Of a DNA stretch of 64,000 nucleotides, positions 39,998-51,023 are shown one piece after another. Location: positions 1 to 64,000 of IMG/VR virus record IMGVR_UViG_3300047550_002778; one strand, written 5' to 3'. The notes under the pieces were generated by a model that worked only from the letters and a program-made list of their open reading frames with translations, did no database searches and was not told the DNA's origin. Position 1 is the first letter of the stretch, and each line of letters begins with the position of its first letter. Both the position numbers and the translations under genes were made by a program. Source of the stretch: an uncultured virus (IMG/VR IMGVR_UViG_3300047550_002778) (taxonomy: Duplodnaviria; Heunggongvirae; Uroviricota; Caudoviricetes).

Positions 39998-41107
39998 TTA
40001 GAAATCGATACGGACTTTTATTAATAGTTCACTATCAAAACTCTTTTGAACCGGTCTACTAATTTTACCAATTGCCAACAGTTCATTGTTACCATTATAT
40101 AGACCAACACTAGTAATATAAGTTCTTGGATTATTGATCAAGTCTTGATAAATAATAGTGCCTTTTGTTTTACCATCGGTTCCATTTGATACAAAAGTAG
40201 GATTGTTACTATAATTGAACTCTTTGTTCTTTACACGGACGAAGTAATTTGTTGATGGAACAAATTCACTCTTTCTAGCAGCCATTGGAACTCTTCTTAC
40301 GTTTTTGATTGCGTTAAAAAAGTCACGTTGCCACAGACGATATGCGTTTTGAACTGAATTAGCTGCTTCATAATTGGATGAATTGGATAATCTTTGATCA
40401 ATATATGTTCCGTGAGTAAAGCCAACTTGATTATTTGTCTTATCAGCATTAAATATTACAATACCATTAGATGGATAAAACAATCCAATACCAGCATATA
40501 CTGGACTATTATTTTTTAGATAAGGCGTAGGAACACCGTTAATTACTGATCCAGATATCAAATTATAAACGTTTTGTTGTTTGTTGATAACTTGTGAATC
40601 ATCAATATAAGAATATGATCCAGAAGATCCAGATAAGTTGATTTGAATTTGACCCGGATCCAATTGATCTTTGAATTTATCTGGAGAAAAATTCATTACA
40701 AAGATTTGTTCTCCATCAATTGGCGTAGATACGCTTCCAGAAGCAAAAGTAAACAATGTATCACCCGGTTGTAATAGTGTATTCTTATATTGAGAATAAA
40801 TTACTTTGGATTCATTTGTTAAAACTGGAGTTGTTGAACCAGTGTAGTCATATTTTGAACTACCACTATTTTCATAATCACCATAAGCAATAGCAAAATA
40901 AGTTTCTCCTCCCAATAAAACATTTAAATAATATTGTCCATTTTTAACATCAAATGGTGAAGATCCAGTTAAACTATTGGCTTGTGTAGATGATGTTGTA
41001 AAATTTGACTGCGTTACATATAAACTGCCGGTGCCGAATAATCCAGAAGATACTTGGTTTATTCTTCCTGATACAATATCATCGTTTGTAAATTGACTAA
41101 ATATCAT
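39998..41107 (-). CDS. Baseplate/tail structural protein
   Basis: YFVRVKNKEFNYSNNPT; C-terminus TYITSVGLYNGNNELLAIGKISRP...KVRIDF resembles tail-fibre attachment domains. Confidence 0.7.
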   Translation of the reverse strand: MIFSQFTNDDIVSGRINQVSSGLFGTGSLYVTQSNFTTSSTQANSLTGSSPFDVKNGQYYLNVLLGGETYFAIAYGDYENSGSSKYDYTGSTTPVLTNESKVIYSQYKNTLLQPGDTLFTFASGSVSTPIDGEQIFVMNFSPDKFKDQLDPGQIQINLSGSSGSYSYIDDSQVINKQQNVYNLISGSVINGVPTPYLKNNSPVYAGIGLFYPSNGIVIFNADKTNNQVGFTHGTYIDQRLSNSSNYEAANSVQNAYRLWQRDFFNAIKNVRRVPMAARKSEFVPSTNYFVRVKNKEFNYSNNPTFVSNGTDGKTKGTIIYQDLINNPRTYITSVGLYNGNNELLAIGKISRPVQKSFDSELLIKVRIDF

Positions 41108-41116
41108 ATTTCAATA

Positions 41117-41761
41117 TTATGTTGTTGTTGTTGGGACTCTTACCGTTACTGTTATAGATGTATTACCGCCACTTTCATTACCAATAATTGTGATGTTGGT
41201 GGTTGTTGTTTTTGCCAACGAAGCATTTGGAACAAATCTAAACTTATTACCAACCACTGCTTGAGAAGTTTGTGAAGTTAAATCTCCAGCAAAAGATGGA
41301 ACTGTTGCCGTAGTAGAATTCAAACTGTTTGTTTCTGTAACAATCAAAGTTCCAACATTTTTATTTGCTAATATTGCTGTATAACCCAAAGTTACGTTGT
41401 AAGTTGGATTGGTGCTTGGACTAATACTAATATCTCCGGTATAATCACGATCTACAGCAATTACAGATTGTGCAACACTGATTGTTGGAACCGCAGTAAC
41501 ACCTTGATTTAGAGTTACCAATTTATATTTCATCAATTGTGATTCGTCAGTAATTGGTTCCATGATGGGAGTGTTACGAATAGCAATGTCGTAATAAGCA
41601 CTTCCCATTGGATGTGTTGGATTAAACTGTGTATAGTCAATTTCATCATCTGCTAGAGCAAACGCGGTAATGTTCAATCCGCCGGTTTTAGCAAGAATTT
41701 CACGGCCTTTTTGGGTCAAAACCGCGTTGATCGTAATCACGTTGTTGTCTAAGTATGCCAT
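41117..41761 (-). CDS. Baseplate/tail structural protein
   Basis: MAYLDNNVITINAVLTQKGREILA...ITAFALADDEIDY; beta-rich C-terminus. Confidence 0.65.
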   Translation of the reverse strand: MAYLDNNVITINAVLTQKGREILAKTGGLNITAFALADDEIDYTQFNPTHPMGSAYYDIAIRNTPIMEPITDESQLMKYKLVTLNQGVTAVPTISVAQSVIAVDRDYTGDISISPSTNPTYNVTLGYTAILANKNVGTLIVTETNSLNSTTATVPSFAGDLTSQTSQAVVGNKFRFVPNASLAKTTTTNITIIGNESGGNTSITVTVRVPTTTT

Positions 41762-41807
41762 ATATTAATAATTATCAGTCATTTTAAGTTTTATATCAAA
41801 ATAGATA

Positions 41808-44800
41808 TTATAAATTTAGGATATATTCGTTCAGACTTGCACTGGTTTCCATAGAAGCAGTCAATGGAACTTGAACAAATAGAAGATCTGAATTGCCAGA
41901 TGATCCTGTAAGAGTGCCATAAACTGGAAAATTACTACTACTAATATCCAAACTCAAATAGCCAGGTATTGTTGTAACTGGACTTGATCCATTTGGTATA
42001 CCCTTTCTGTTAACTGTGGTAGTTGAATCATTTTTACCCTTGATATATTCGTAATATTTTATTTTTGCAGGTGCAAATACCTTTACGCCATTATTTATAA
42101 CATAATTTGATCCAGTAATTGCAATGTATTTTTCTCTTGAACATGGTAAATTTAACTTACTCAAATGTCTTGAAGAATAACCTGAGTTTGATTCACCTTT
42201 ATATAGATTAGTAAGCGCTGAAGAACCAGTAACTGATCCAGAACCTACTATTTGAACCAAATTATAACTTGAAGTAAATGTTACTATCTCACCGTTATTA
42301 TTTCTCATTTCATAATAATCGTTGGACGGAATATTATATGTATTTTTTATACTAAACCCAGTTGAGTCTACATTAATATATTTTCCGTATTTAGCAAATA
42401 TAAAATCTCTATCGTCAATTGATGCTGGTATCTCAAATCTTGAAAAATTGTATTGATCGTGATCAGTCTGATAAGTGTTTAGTTTATCATCTGATACATT
42501 CATATCACTGCCCGTAGTAAACGTAGGTAGTAATGTTGCGGAATTATCAAAATATATGCTTGATGTATATAGTCCACTTACATTATAGGTAATATCTTTA
42601 TAATTAAACTTCTTTCTTTCTAGAATTGACGGTTCAATTAATAATCCGGTTTTTACAACAGCTCTATTTGGAGCTAAATTTTTTACATAATTAAAGACTG
42701 AAAAGTCAATGTAAAGTTTGTAAGTGGTGTAAAATTCTTGTGGATAGATATATTTGGTGTCAGTAGATGCAAAATCTCTTAGTCTAGCATCTAACTCTGG
42801 ATAATTTTGGGATGTTAAATATTTTGGATCACCAATTACATCTGTGATACCTTCCTTACCAATGAAGTTTTCAATTTTGTTTTCAAGGTATGTGTAAGGA
42901 CTTATATAGAATCCAACTACGTTACTATCACTTCCAACAATATCATTTGTTTTTGTTGAGTAATCATATGGAACCAAATTGGATGTGGCTATTTCATCAA
43001 TTTTGTTAATTTTTACGTTGTTTTTATAATTTGGTCCAAAATTATTTGAATTGATTGCTTGTGGTAAAACAACTTTTTCAAATTGATATGGAAACTCCGA
43101 TACCCACGCCGGCGCACACGATGGATATGGTTGATCAACATAATCACCCGTAAAATTAACTGCTAAGAACGATGAAGTATAATAAATATTTTGGTTTGGT
43201 ATTACAGATGAAGTTATAGATGATGTAAGAGACGCACTTAATGGCCACAATTGAACTGGCGTATCAAAACTCCATAAATATATTAGATTTCTATATACAT
43301 CTTCTTTGATTGGAATAGAGATAGAATCAATATTGTAACTGTGTTCATCAAAGTCCGACAAATCCAGAGGATCAGTCATAACTTTTATTTTATCAATGTT
43401 ACCGTCAAATTTAATATTAGTGTTGTAATTTCCGATATAATAACTACCACTTGAAAAATATTGATTTTTATCAAATTGTATTAATTTGGTGGTAACACTT
43501 CTAAAGTTTCTTAGTGAACCCTCATACTGATTTACTGCTAATGTATAAGTGTTTGGAACATATTTTTCAGCATTTGATGATGTTATTGATGAAGTTAACA
43601 CCGTAACAATTATTGATGCTGATAGATATTGATTCGTTGTTAGGTTTGTGGTCGGAGTCAAACTATCATACTGATATGTATCAGAAATATCTCTGGATAC
43701 CATGAATGTATAAACATCTCCATTAAAATATGGAAGTTCAATACTTTCAATACTAGATGTATATGATTGTTCTGGTGGATGAATATCAAACACTAAAACT
43801 CCAGACTCAATTTGTGTTGATTTTCTAAGATATACTTGCCAATCAATTTTTCCATTTCTTACTTTTTTAACAAGTGGAACTCTATCTTTAAAATTATAGT
43901 TTGTTGACTTTAGTCTGAATGAAGTTTCAAATGTATCATATCCAGTAAACAATTCTGAAGTTGAACGTGATGCTGACCACGATGTATTTGATGGTTTTGT
44001 AACAATTACTGATTGATCTGTAAAAGAATATTCATCTTTGTAATAGTCAAATTTGATATACCTGTCATCTTTGATTCTGGTTAAATAAATAATATCTTCA
44101 AAATCGTAATAGTTTTGACGATTTACAGTAACATCTGTGCTACCATATTCTCTTAATTGAATAAGTTCTGCTGGAATACCAAATATTGATCTGATCAAAT
44201 CTAATGATGTTGATGTTCCTTTTGTTTTGTAAATGTATGGAAGATTATTAGCAAATCTATTTAATATTCTTTTACCATAATCGAAATAAGAACTTGAAAG
44301 AGAACTTGATACTTCACTATTATTAAACAAAAACTGTGAAATACCACTGTTCTGTAATTTAAAATTGTCAGTGTTCCAACTAAATGAATTTAATAATTCG
44401 TCCAAAAAGTTCTTTGGATAATCACTGGTTTCTGATACACCAAGAGGATATGTTTTTGGAAATTTTTTGATATACACTAAAATATTATCAAAAAAATGAC
44501 CTACCATTGATGTGAATTTAAGATAGTCTGCTGATTCATTATCGTCCCTCAAATACTCAGGTAATTGATTGATTAAACTATCAACATTATTTCGATCATA
44601 ATCAATACCATCTAATATTTTCTCATCAATACTTGAAGTGTTAAAGAACAAATATGATTCGTATTCATCAAAAGAATTTAAAATAGCAATTTGTTCTTGT
44701 ATGTATCGTGATTTTTCTACAGAGTATGATGCACTAATAGCTGATGTAACAGATGATACACGACTATCAATTGTATTTTTTGAATCCTCAATTTTATTGT

Positions 44801-46274
44801 AATCAGATATTTTGTTTTTAGCAATTTTAGTTCTCAATTCAGCCGAAGAATAAACTATAAAATTATCAAAACTTGTATAATCGATCAACAGATCATTTAT
44901 TTTTTCTTTCAAACGAGATTGGGCAAAAAACAATGTGTCTGAATTATGGTCTGAAAATTTTTGATTTGTTGGGTCCGATGAATTAACAACCACATCAAAA
45001 TTTACACCACTCAATAAAACATTTCTTTTAACAATCTCTGTAAACAAATTGACTTTGAAATACAGGGGTGAGATAGAAATATTAGATACCCAACATGTTG
45101 TTTTTACATCGTATTCAAGTGGAAGAGGTTCATCCAATTTAACTTGAACATTTACACGACCATCAATTGGATTAAAATAATTTGTATGACTTAAAATTTT
45201 AACAAGAACGCCGTTATCAAAATTCAAAGCATTTTTAAACAAACCAAAATATCTGTTGGCGTATTCTTCCAACAACAATTGCATCTGAGGTTCCAACCAA
45301 TCGGTATAAATAATTTTAATAAATACATCCAAAGCACTTTGTAATTGTATTTGGTTGACTGAGGTTTTTTGAAGAATTCTATCTTGAGAAACTTTGGTTA
45401 CAATAGTTCTAAATGCTAGTAGTATTTCATCCTCACTAAACTCTGTTCTATTATAAGTGTATGTGAAATTTTTGAGTTGATCATCAATACCAATAAATTT
45501 AGAAGTTTGTTGAATTGATTGATCATCTATATTTGATAGTGTGATAATTTTATCAAAACCTATATAAGTTTGAATTATAAATTCTTGTAATTCAGCGGTG
45601 CTTTTTAGCCCAAGTATTTCAGCAACACGATAATAATTAAAAGATGTTGAGTTATTAACAAAATTTTGAGAAATTGGATTATTATCAATAATCTGATTTA
45701 CCAAATCTGAAATTTGTAAAAACAAATATTTTTTATCGGCAAATGCTGAAGTTTTGATAGCATCTAGTTGATTTACCGGAGTCAACGATGTATTAAAAGC
45801 AAACGATAATCTTAACTCAGTTCTACTAGGAGATATCTCTTTTATGACCAATTTATTTGTTGGATTACCAGCAACATTTCTAATTGGGTTGAATAAAACG
45901 TAATATTGACCCGGCGATACTTGTGTTCTTAAAAGTATCTCGGATGTATTTAACAAAATATCATTATTGAATTTAGCATAATTCGTAAATGGTTTTGCAA
46001 AATCATAAGTTACTAGTTGATTATTAATATCACGGTATGAACCTTGAGTTACAGAGTAAGATACAGTAGGAACAACACGATTAAATGCTATATCTTCTTG
46101 AGAAGAATTATATAAAGTATATTCAATAATATCACTTTCGGATGTTCCAAAATAACGTTCACGATTTACAAGTTTTTGTTCATACAACTCTTGCAAATTT
46201 TCAGTAAAATATGACCCACTAGCCACACCAGTGTTTAATGTTGTCTCATCAAATGTTAAATAACTGTAAGGCAT
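41808..46274 (-). CDS. Large baseplate wedge-type structural protein (1488 aa)
   Basis: SLINQLPEYL...FTSMVGHFFD...NNLPYIYKTKGT...FGIP...REYG resembles gp7/P2 gpI-like wedge segments; baseplate context. Confidence 0.65.
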   Translation of the reverse strand: MPYSYLTFDETTLNTGVASGSYFTENLQELYEQKLVNRERYFGTSESDIIEYTLYNSSQEDIAFNRVVPTVSYSVTQGSYRDINNQLVTYDFAKPFTNYAKFNNDILLNTSEILLRTQVSPGQYYVLFNPIRNVAGNPTNKLVIKEISPSRTELRLSFAFNTSLTPVNQLDAIKTSAFADKKYLFLQISDLVNQIIDNNPISQNFVNNSTSFNYYRVAEILGLKSTAELQEFIIQTYIGFDKIITLSNIDDQSIQQTSKFIGIDDQLKNFTYTYNRTEFSEDEILLAFRTIVTKVSQDRILQKTSVNQIQLQSALDVFIKIIYTDWLEPQMQLLLEEYANRYFGLFKNALNFDNGVLVKILSHTNYFNPIDGRVNVQVKLDEPLPLEYDVKTTCWVSNISISPLYFKVNLFTEIVKRNVLLSGVNFDVVVNSSDPTNQKFSDHNSDTLFFAQSRLKEKINDLLIDYTSFDNFIVYSSAELRTKIAKNKISDYNKIEDSKNTIDSRVSSVTSAISASYSVEKSRYIQEQIAILNSFDEYESYLFFNTSSIDEKILDGIDYDRNNVDSLINQLPEYLRDDNESADYLKFTSMVGHFFDNILVYIKKFPKTYPLGVSETSDYPKNFLDELLNSFSWNTDNFKLQNSGISQFLFNNSEVSSSLSSSYFDYGKRILNRFANNLPYIYKTKGTSTSLDLIRSIFGIPAELIQLREYGSTDVTVNRQNYYDFEDIIYLTRIKDDRYIKFDYYKDEYSFTDQSVIVTKPSNTSWSASRSTSELFTGYDTFETSFRLKSTNYNFKDRVPLVKKVRNGKIDWQVYLRKSTQIESGVLVFDIHPPEQSYTSSIESIELPYFNGDVYTFMVSRDISDTYQYDSLTPTTNLTTNQYLSASIIVTVLTSSITSSNAEKYVPNTYTLAVNQYEGSLRNFRSVTTKLIQFDKNQYFSSGSYYIGNYNTNIKFDGNIDKIKVMTDPLDLSDFDEHSYNIDSISIPIKEDVYRNLIYLWSFDTPVQLWPLSASLTSSITSSVIPNQNIYYTSSFLAVNFTGDYVDQPYPSCAPAWVSEFPYQFEKVVLPQAINSNNFGPNYKNNVKINKIDEIATSNLVPYDYSTKTNDIVGSDSNVVGFYISPYTYLENKIENFIGKEGITDVIGDPKYLTSQNYPELDARLRDFASTDTKYIYPQEFYTTYKLYIDFSVFNYVKNLAPNRAVVKTGLLIEPSILERKKFNYKDITYNVSGLYTSSIYFDNSATLLPTFTTGSDMNVSDDKLNTYQTDHDQYNFSRFEIPASIDDRDFIFAKYGKYINVDSTGFSIKNTYNIPSNDYYEMRNNNGEIVTFTSSYNLVQIVGSGSVTGSSALTNLYKGESNSGYSSRHLSKLNLPCSREKYIAITGSNYVINNGVKVFAPAKIKYYEYIKGKNDSTTTVNRKGIPNGSSPVTTIPGYLSLDISSSNFPVYGTLTGSSGNSDLLFVQVPLTASMETSASLNEYILNL

Positions 46275-46275
46275 A

Positions 46276-46752
46276 TTATGATATTAATGGTAAAAATGGA
46301 AAGTCATCACTAAAATCTGACGGAACACTACCTTGACCTAGGCGTATTCTTAGATTGATAATTTCTGTCTTCATTGCTGAAATTACTTGTTTATCATCAT
46401 TATTTTCATATTTTTCAACCAAAGAATTTACAGTCTCATTCAAAATTCTATTTTCAGCAATTGACTCATTATACTGCTGAAGTAATGTAGCCATATCTTG
46501 AGCATTTTCTTGTTCCACCGTCTGTAATTCATTGAAACTAGTAGAGTTTGTGTCTAAAATTTTATCTGGGTTGTATTCAATAGTTTTCAAAGTAAGATCG
46601 GTATAGTAATACTTACCATCGTCAACTTTACTTTGATTATAAATGAGTTGAAAGTTTCCGAACGAATCTATGTTGTTCGAAAATTGTCCCAAATCCTTAA
46701 ACTGTTGTAACTGTTTAAGACCTACAGTATACTCAACTACAATATCAGCCAT
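46276..46752 (-). CDS. Hypothetical baseplate-region protein
   Basis: 158-aa ORF tightly packed in the operon; coiled coil. Confidence 0.6.
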   Translation of the reverse strand: MADIVVEYTVGLKQLQQFKDLGQFSNNIDSFGNFQLIYNQSKVDDGKYYYTDLTLKTIEYNPDKILDTNSTSFNELQTVEQENAQDMATLLQQYNESIAENRILNETVNSLVEKYENNDDKQVISAMKTEIINLRIRLGQGSVPSDFSDDFPFLPLIS

Positions 46753-46753
46753 A

Positions 46754-48616
46754 TTATCTTACAATTTGAAATACCTTGGCGGTGTCCACAATGTCCACCG
46801 TTCCGTCTGGATACTCAACTCTTATAAATATCGTGAAATATCTTTCTTGAGGCAATCCAGTGGTATCAAATTTAAAATAATTTCCTTGGTTAGGATCACA
46901 ACTTAACTTAGAATATTGATCAAAATCTATAAAAACTTGACCAGACTCTGCATCTTTGATCATATAATAAGATGAAGTAGGTAGATATTTTGGTGTCACC
47001 ATTACTGGTTGTTGATATGCTTTTTGGAAATTCTTGAGAGGATATCTATCTCTAGCAAATACAAAAACCTTTGGCATACTACCAGCTTTATAAGTTTCTT
47101 TTAGTTGTTGTAGAGTTATTAAATTTTCAATTGATCCAGTCACAGGTGCTAAACTACCCGTATTGAAATTAGAATCATCCCAAGATATATCGATATATGG
47201 ACTATAAATTGTGTTAGTTTCTTTACTGAAGAACTGTAATAATCCATTTGTTTGACCTATTGGAGGAACTGTGGTTTCTAAAGAGGTCATCAATATAATA
47301 CCATTATTTGGAATACAACCACAAATCCAAGAACGAACAATTTTACTGATATCCATTGTTATATCACCTTGTTGTCCTAGAGTATAAGATTGACTACAAA
47401 TTAAATCGGATCCACTCAATGATGGAAATGCAGATGATGAACAAATCCAAGAAGTCGAATCTGTGTAAGTTGAAGGAACATTATAATACCACGTCGCCCC
47501 ACCATTTTCAAAACTTGCAGTTTGATTTGAAGCGGTCAAGAAATAATCAACTTGTTTATAACTACCAGTAAATGGAACATACCATGGATTACTTCCAGAA
47601 TATGATCTATAATTCCAACTAGCCCCCATCTTGGAGCCACCATCTGCCCATCTACCGTCACCATTATCCCAACTTTGACTTACTGGAAACGCGTAAATTG
47701 TGTAATTGAGTGGAAGATTTCTTTGACCACATGCGGTTAAATTGAGAGTAAATTTTATATCAGAACTCGACAATTCATTATTTGCAATAGATGAACTAAT
47801 ATATGATAAATCAAACTGAATTAAAGTTCTTGTGATATCTGGTTTGATCAAATAATAAGAATATTTTGGAGGAGTTATTGATCCACTATATTCACCTGTA
47901 AATGAACCCTGAAAATCAATAACATCTAAATAGTTAGAAATACTAGCGGAGACCTGTGTAGATATTATACCTTTAAAACTCGATCCACTAATACTACCAC
48001 TAAATGTTCCATCCAACATACAAAGTGGACCATATCCCGTGCATGAAGTTCCATATATACTGCCTGTAAATCCACCCAAACTACCACTTCCAATCAAAGA
48101 TTGTGTAAGTGGAGAAGATGTATATGTTGTTCCATTTACATCTAAATTAGAAAAACTTGATCCACTATAAATGGTGCCTGTAAAACTAGCCGTAGAAATT
48201 ATACCATCAATAGTTATAGGTTTAGAAAAATTATAACTTCCACTAAAAGATCCAGATGCAGATGTAGAAGATCCAGAAACATACAAAGCTGTTGAACCTA
48301 CAATATTTTCAAATCTACCTGTAAATCCTGCTATAGCTATTACATTATCAATTACGGCACTGGCAAGTGGATATGCTCGCCACAAACTTCCAGAGTATAC
48401 ATAAAAACTAGACGTAGTATAAGCTAACCAACCCTCATTGCCATACGATGAACTGTTCTCTGGAACTGCTCTCCAAATTGGATCGTAGTATACTAATTTA
48501 CTACCATTGTTGCTGGCGTATATCTCTAAGATTTCATCAATACCAAAGTTTTGATTTTTATCAACTTTGGCATTGTTGATGTATGTGTCTTGAGATGGAT
48601 AAATAAATGTATGCAT
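46754..48616 (-). CDS. Structural protein (baseplate region) with SGSF/TGSI repeat insertion
   Basis: FIYPSQDTYI...NFGIDEILEI, RTLIQFDL, NNGIIL...FFSKETNTIYSPYI; Ser/Gly-rich insertion. Confidence 0.65.
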   Translation of the reverse strand: MHTFIYPSQDTYINNAKVDKNQNFGIDEILEIYASNNGSKLVYYDPIWRAVPENSSSYGNEGWLAYTTSSFYVYSGSLWRAYPLASAVIDNVIAIAGFTGRFENIVGSTALYVSGSSTSASGSFSGSYNFSKPITIDGIISTASFTGTIYSGSSFSNLDVNGTTYTSSPLTQSLIGSGSLGGFTGSIYGTSCTGYGPLCMLDGTFSGSISGSSFKGIISTQVSASISNYLDVIDFQGSFTGEYSGSITPPKYSYYLIKPDITRTLIQFDLSYISSSIANNELSSSDIKFTLNLTACGQRNLPLNYTIYAFPVSQSWDNGDGRWADGGSKMGASWNYRSYSGSNPWYVPFTGSYKQVDYFLTASNQTASFENGGATWYYNVPSTYTDSTSWICSSSAFPSLSGSDLICSQSYTLGQQGDITMDISKIVRSWICGCIPNNGIILMTSLETTVPPIGQTNGLLQFFSKETNTIYSPYIDISWDDSNFNTGSLAPVTGSIENLITLQQLKETYKAGSMPKVFVFARDRYPLKNFQKAYQQPVMVTPKYLPTSSYYMIKDAESGQVFIDFDQYSKLSCDPNQGNYFKFDTTGLPQERYFTIFIRVEYPDGTVDIVDTAKVFQIVR

Positions 48617-48617
48617 A

Positions 48618-50615
48618 TTATACCACTAATCCCTTAATATCTTTTTCTGGAAATTTAATTTCAAATATTGATGGATCCTTCGACGGATATACAATATTAT
48701 TTTGTGTAGCAATATCAATATTATATGCTATTTGAGAATAATCAGGTCCGTCTATATCATATGTCAGATTTTTAACTTTTACCTCAATCACTGACTGGAC
48801 ACCTTCATTCTTCATTATTTCAAAGGTAAGTTGACTCAAATTGATTGGTTGATTAAAACTCCAGTTTTCAATATTAAAGAATGCTTGAACTGAAGCAATA
48901 CAATTATTTAGAACATCACGTTTATTAAATCCAGCAAATACACTGATTTTAAAATCTACACCTATATTGACAATATATCCATCAATAATATTAAATTTAT
49001 CAGTCAAAATTTTATACTGACTCAAGTAATTTTTCAGATTCAATAACGTTGCTTCATTACATTGTGTAAGTTTATTATCTTTATTATACCCAAGGATATA
49101 TAGATTATTAGTAAATGGGTTATTTGATTCCAAGAATTTTCTACGATCCAAAGGATTCAATGGACTCAAGTTTAAAAATTCATTCTCAGCAGCAGAACCA
49201 GTAATAACTCCGCTAATCAAACCTGTATATGAAACTTGACGAGTCGCATTAGATTGAACAAATGCTTTTGCTATACTTCCAAATTGTGAGTTCATAGAAT
49301 AAACTCTCAACAATATGTCTTCTTCAGTTACAATTCGATTTTGTGAAGAAAAATTAGCAATAGCATTTTGTCTAATTTCTTCATCTGTATCAGGACCATT
49401 TCCACCAGTAGCAGAATTTGGGTTTGTAACACGAAGCGAATTTTTAATACTATTAAACAGAGTCACTTGACTATCTGTCAATCCAGAAGTATCATTTAAA
49501 TATCCGACAGCCTGAATTGTGTTTATTTCGCCTGAATTTACATTTGATGTAATTCCGCCACCAACAATATATGTAATCGTAAGAGTAGTATTTGATGGAG
49601 ATACACCATAAGAGTTACTCTTGAGAACATTTGTTCCGTCTAAACTTATATTTAGATTGCCTAAATTTGAAAGTGATACGCCCACATTTGAAGGATTTGG
49701 AATGATTACAGTGTTGTCAAAATTTTCAGTATTAGCACCAAATACTAAATAAGTTGAATTATTCTCATCAATTGTTGTTATAAATCTTTTTTCAGTTCTT
49801 AAATATTTTAACAACTTTGGAGTTTCGCCTCTGTATTTTGATAATGTTTGGTTTGTCAAAGGAACATTATCCACTGCAATTGGTATTGTTTCTTGTGCTA
49901 AATATTGAACTTCGTAATAATTGTTGTTGTTACTATCAACTATACTTACCACTTTGATAATATCAGTTGCGTCCAATTTAATTTGCAAAAATGGCTCAGG
50001 TGCACCAACACTCACTTGATTAATTACAAGATTTCCAGAAAATGCTTTTGCTGTTTTTTTAATCAAATAAAATTGAGGTGCGCCAGTTTCATCACGACTA
50101 TATACAGAAATCTCTCTTGGTGAGAAAACAGTATCTTGACTGAAATCAACACTTTCTTCTACTAAGAAGTTAACACCTGAAACACTTGATAATACGGTGA
50201 ATGGTTGTAATATCAAACAATATGTTTCATCTGGAACATATTCACCATCAATTTCACCAGTTCTTTTGGCTGGTAATAGTTGAAATAATTCGACATCGGT
50301 TGACGAAGCAGTAGTTACTTTGGGTTTATATCCAAGATATCTAGCTTGATTTATAAGATTACGTCTATCTGTTGCAAATTGGACAAAACTTTCTTTGAAT
50401 TGTTGATCGGTATAATACGAAAGAATGTCACCAACATACGCAGCTTGTTCTATAAAAATTTGTCCAGGTGAACTTTCACTAAAATCTCTATAACTTTGTG
50501 GGTAATATTGTTTAGTAAAGTCAATCAACTGTTGTTTCAAAGACGTAAAATCTCTATTAACGTAATTTACGTCTTTAGTATCTGTTCTAAAAGTTTTGTT
50601 AACTATTTGTGCCAT
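48618..50615 (-). CDS. Baseplate wedge protein (T4 gp6-like)
   Basis: YVNRDFTSLKQQL, DFSESSPG, YVGDILSYYTD, LGYKPK, ATGG...EEIRQNA...QNRIVTEED. Confidence 0.88.
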   Translation of the reverse strand: MAQIVNKTFRTDTKDVNYVNRDFTSLKQQLIDFTKQYYPQSYRDFSESSPGQIFIEQAAYVGDILSYYTDQQFKESFVQFATDRRNLINQARYLGYKPKVTTASSTDVELFQLLPAKRTGEIDGEYVPDETYCLILQPFTVLSSVSGVNFLVEESVDFSQDTVFSPREISVYSRDETGAPQFYLIKKTAKAFSGNLVINQVSVGAPEPFLQIKLDATDIIKVVSIVDSNNNNYYEVQYLAQETIPIAVDNVPLTNQTLSKYRGETPKLLKYLRTEKRFITTIDENNSTYLVFGANTENFDNTVIIPNPSNVGVSLSNLGNLNISLDGTNVLKSNSYGVSPSNTTLTITYIVGGGITSNVNSGEINTIQAVGYLNDTSGLTDSQVTLFNSIKNSLRVTNPNSATGGNGPDTDEEIRQNAIANFSSQNRIVTEEDILLRVYSMNSQFGSIAKAFVQSNATRQVSYTGLISGVITGSAAENEFLNLSPLNPLDRRKFLESNNPFTNNLYILGYNKDNKLTQCNEATLLNLKNYLSQYKILTDKFNIIDGYIVNIGVDFKISVFAGFNKRDVLNNCIASVQAFFNIENWSFNQPINLSQLTFEIMKNEGVQSVIEVKVKNLTYDIDGPDYSQIAYNIDIATQNNIVYPSKDPSIFEIKFPEKDIKGLVV

Positions 50616-51016
50616 TAGATTGTATTGGTAGAGATTTCAACGTCGGTATTCGATGTAATTTTATTATATGTGAATGTTACACTTATAAATATCTTATTTG
50701 GATCACTATTCTCTGGTTGAGTTTTAGACAATCCAACTTTTACATCATTTACAATTACGCCGTTTAAAAATTTATTGATGTCTCTTTGAACTACATCAAC
50801 TATAATGCCTGGATTTACCTCCAATTCATTTTGTTGAAATAATAGTTCATATAGACTAGATCCAAACTCGTTATTAAATCTACGTTCACCTGGTTTGGTC
50901 ATCAATAAATTTCTGATGTTTGCTGATACTTGTCCAATAGTGGTAGTATTGGTATCAAAATATCCATCTTGACCAAGTTTAATAGGTAGTTTTAATCCTA
51001 GAGCTTGTCTTGCCAT
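50615..51016 (-). CDS. Baseplate protein, T4 gp25-like
   Basis: IRNLLMTKPGERRFNNEFGS motif; adjacent to the gp6-like gene. Confidence 0.88.
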   Translation of the reverse strand: MARQALGLKLPIKLGQDGYFDTNTTTIGQVSANIRNLLMTKPGERRFNNEFGSSLYELLFQQNELEVNPGIIVDVVQRDINKFLNGVIVNDVKVGLSKTQPENSDPNKIFISVTFTYNKITSNTDVEISTNTI

Positions 51017-51023
51017 ATATTAA

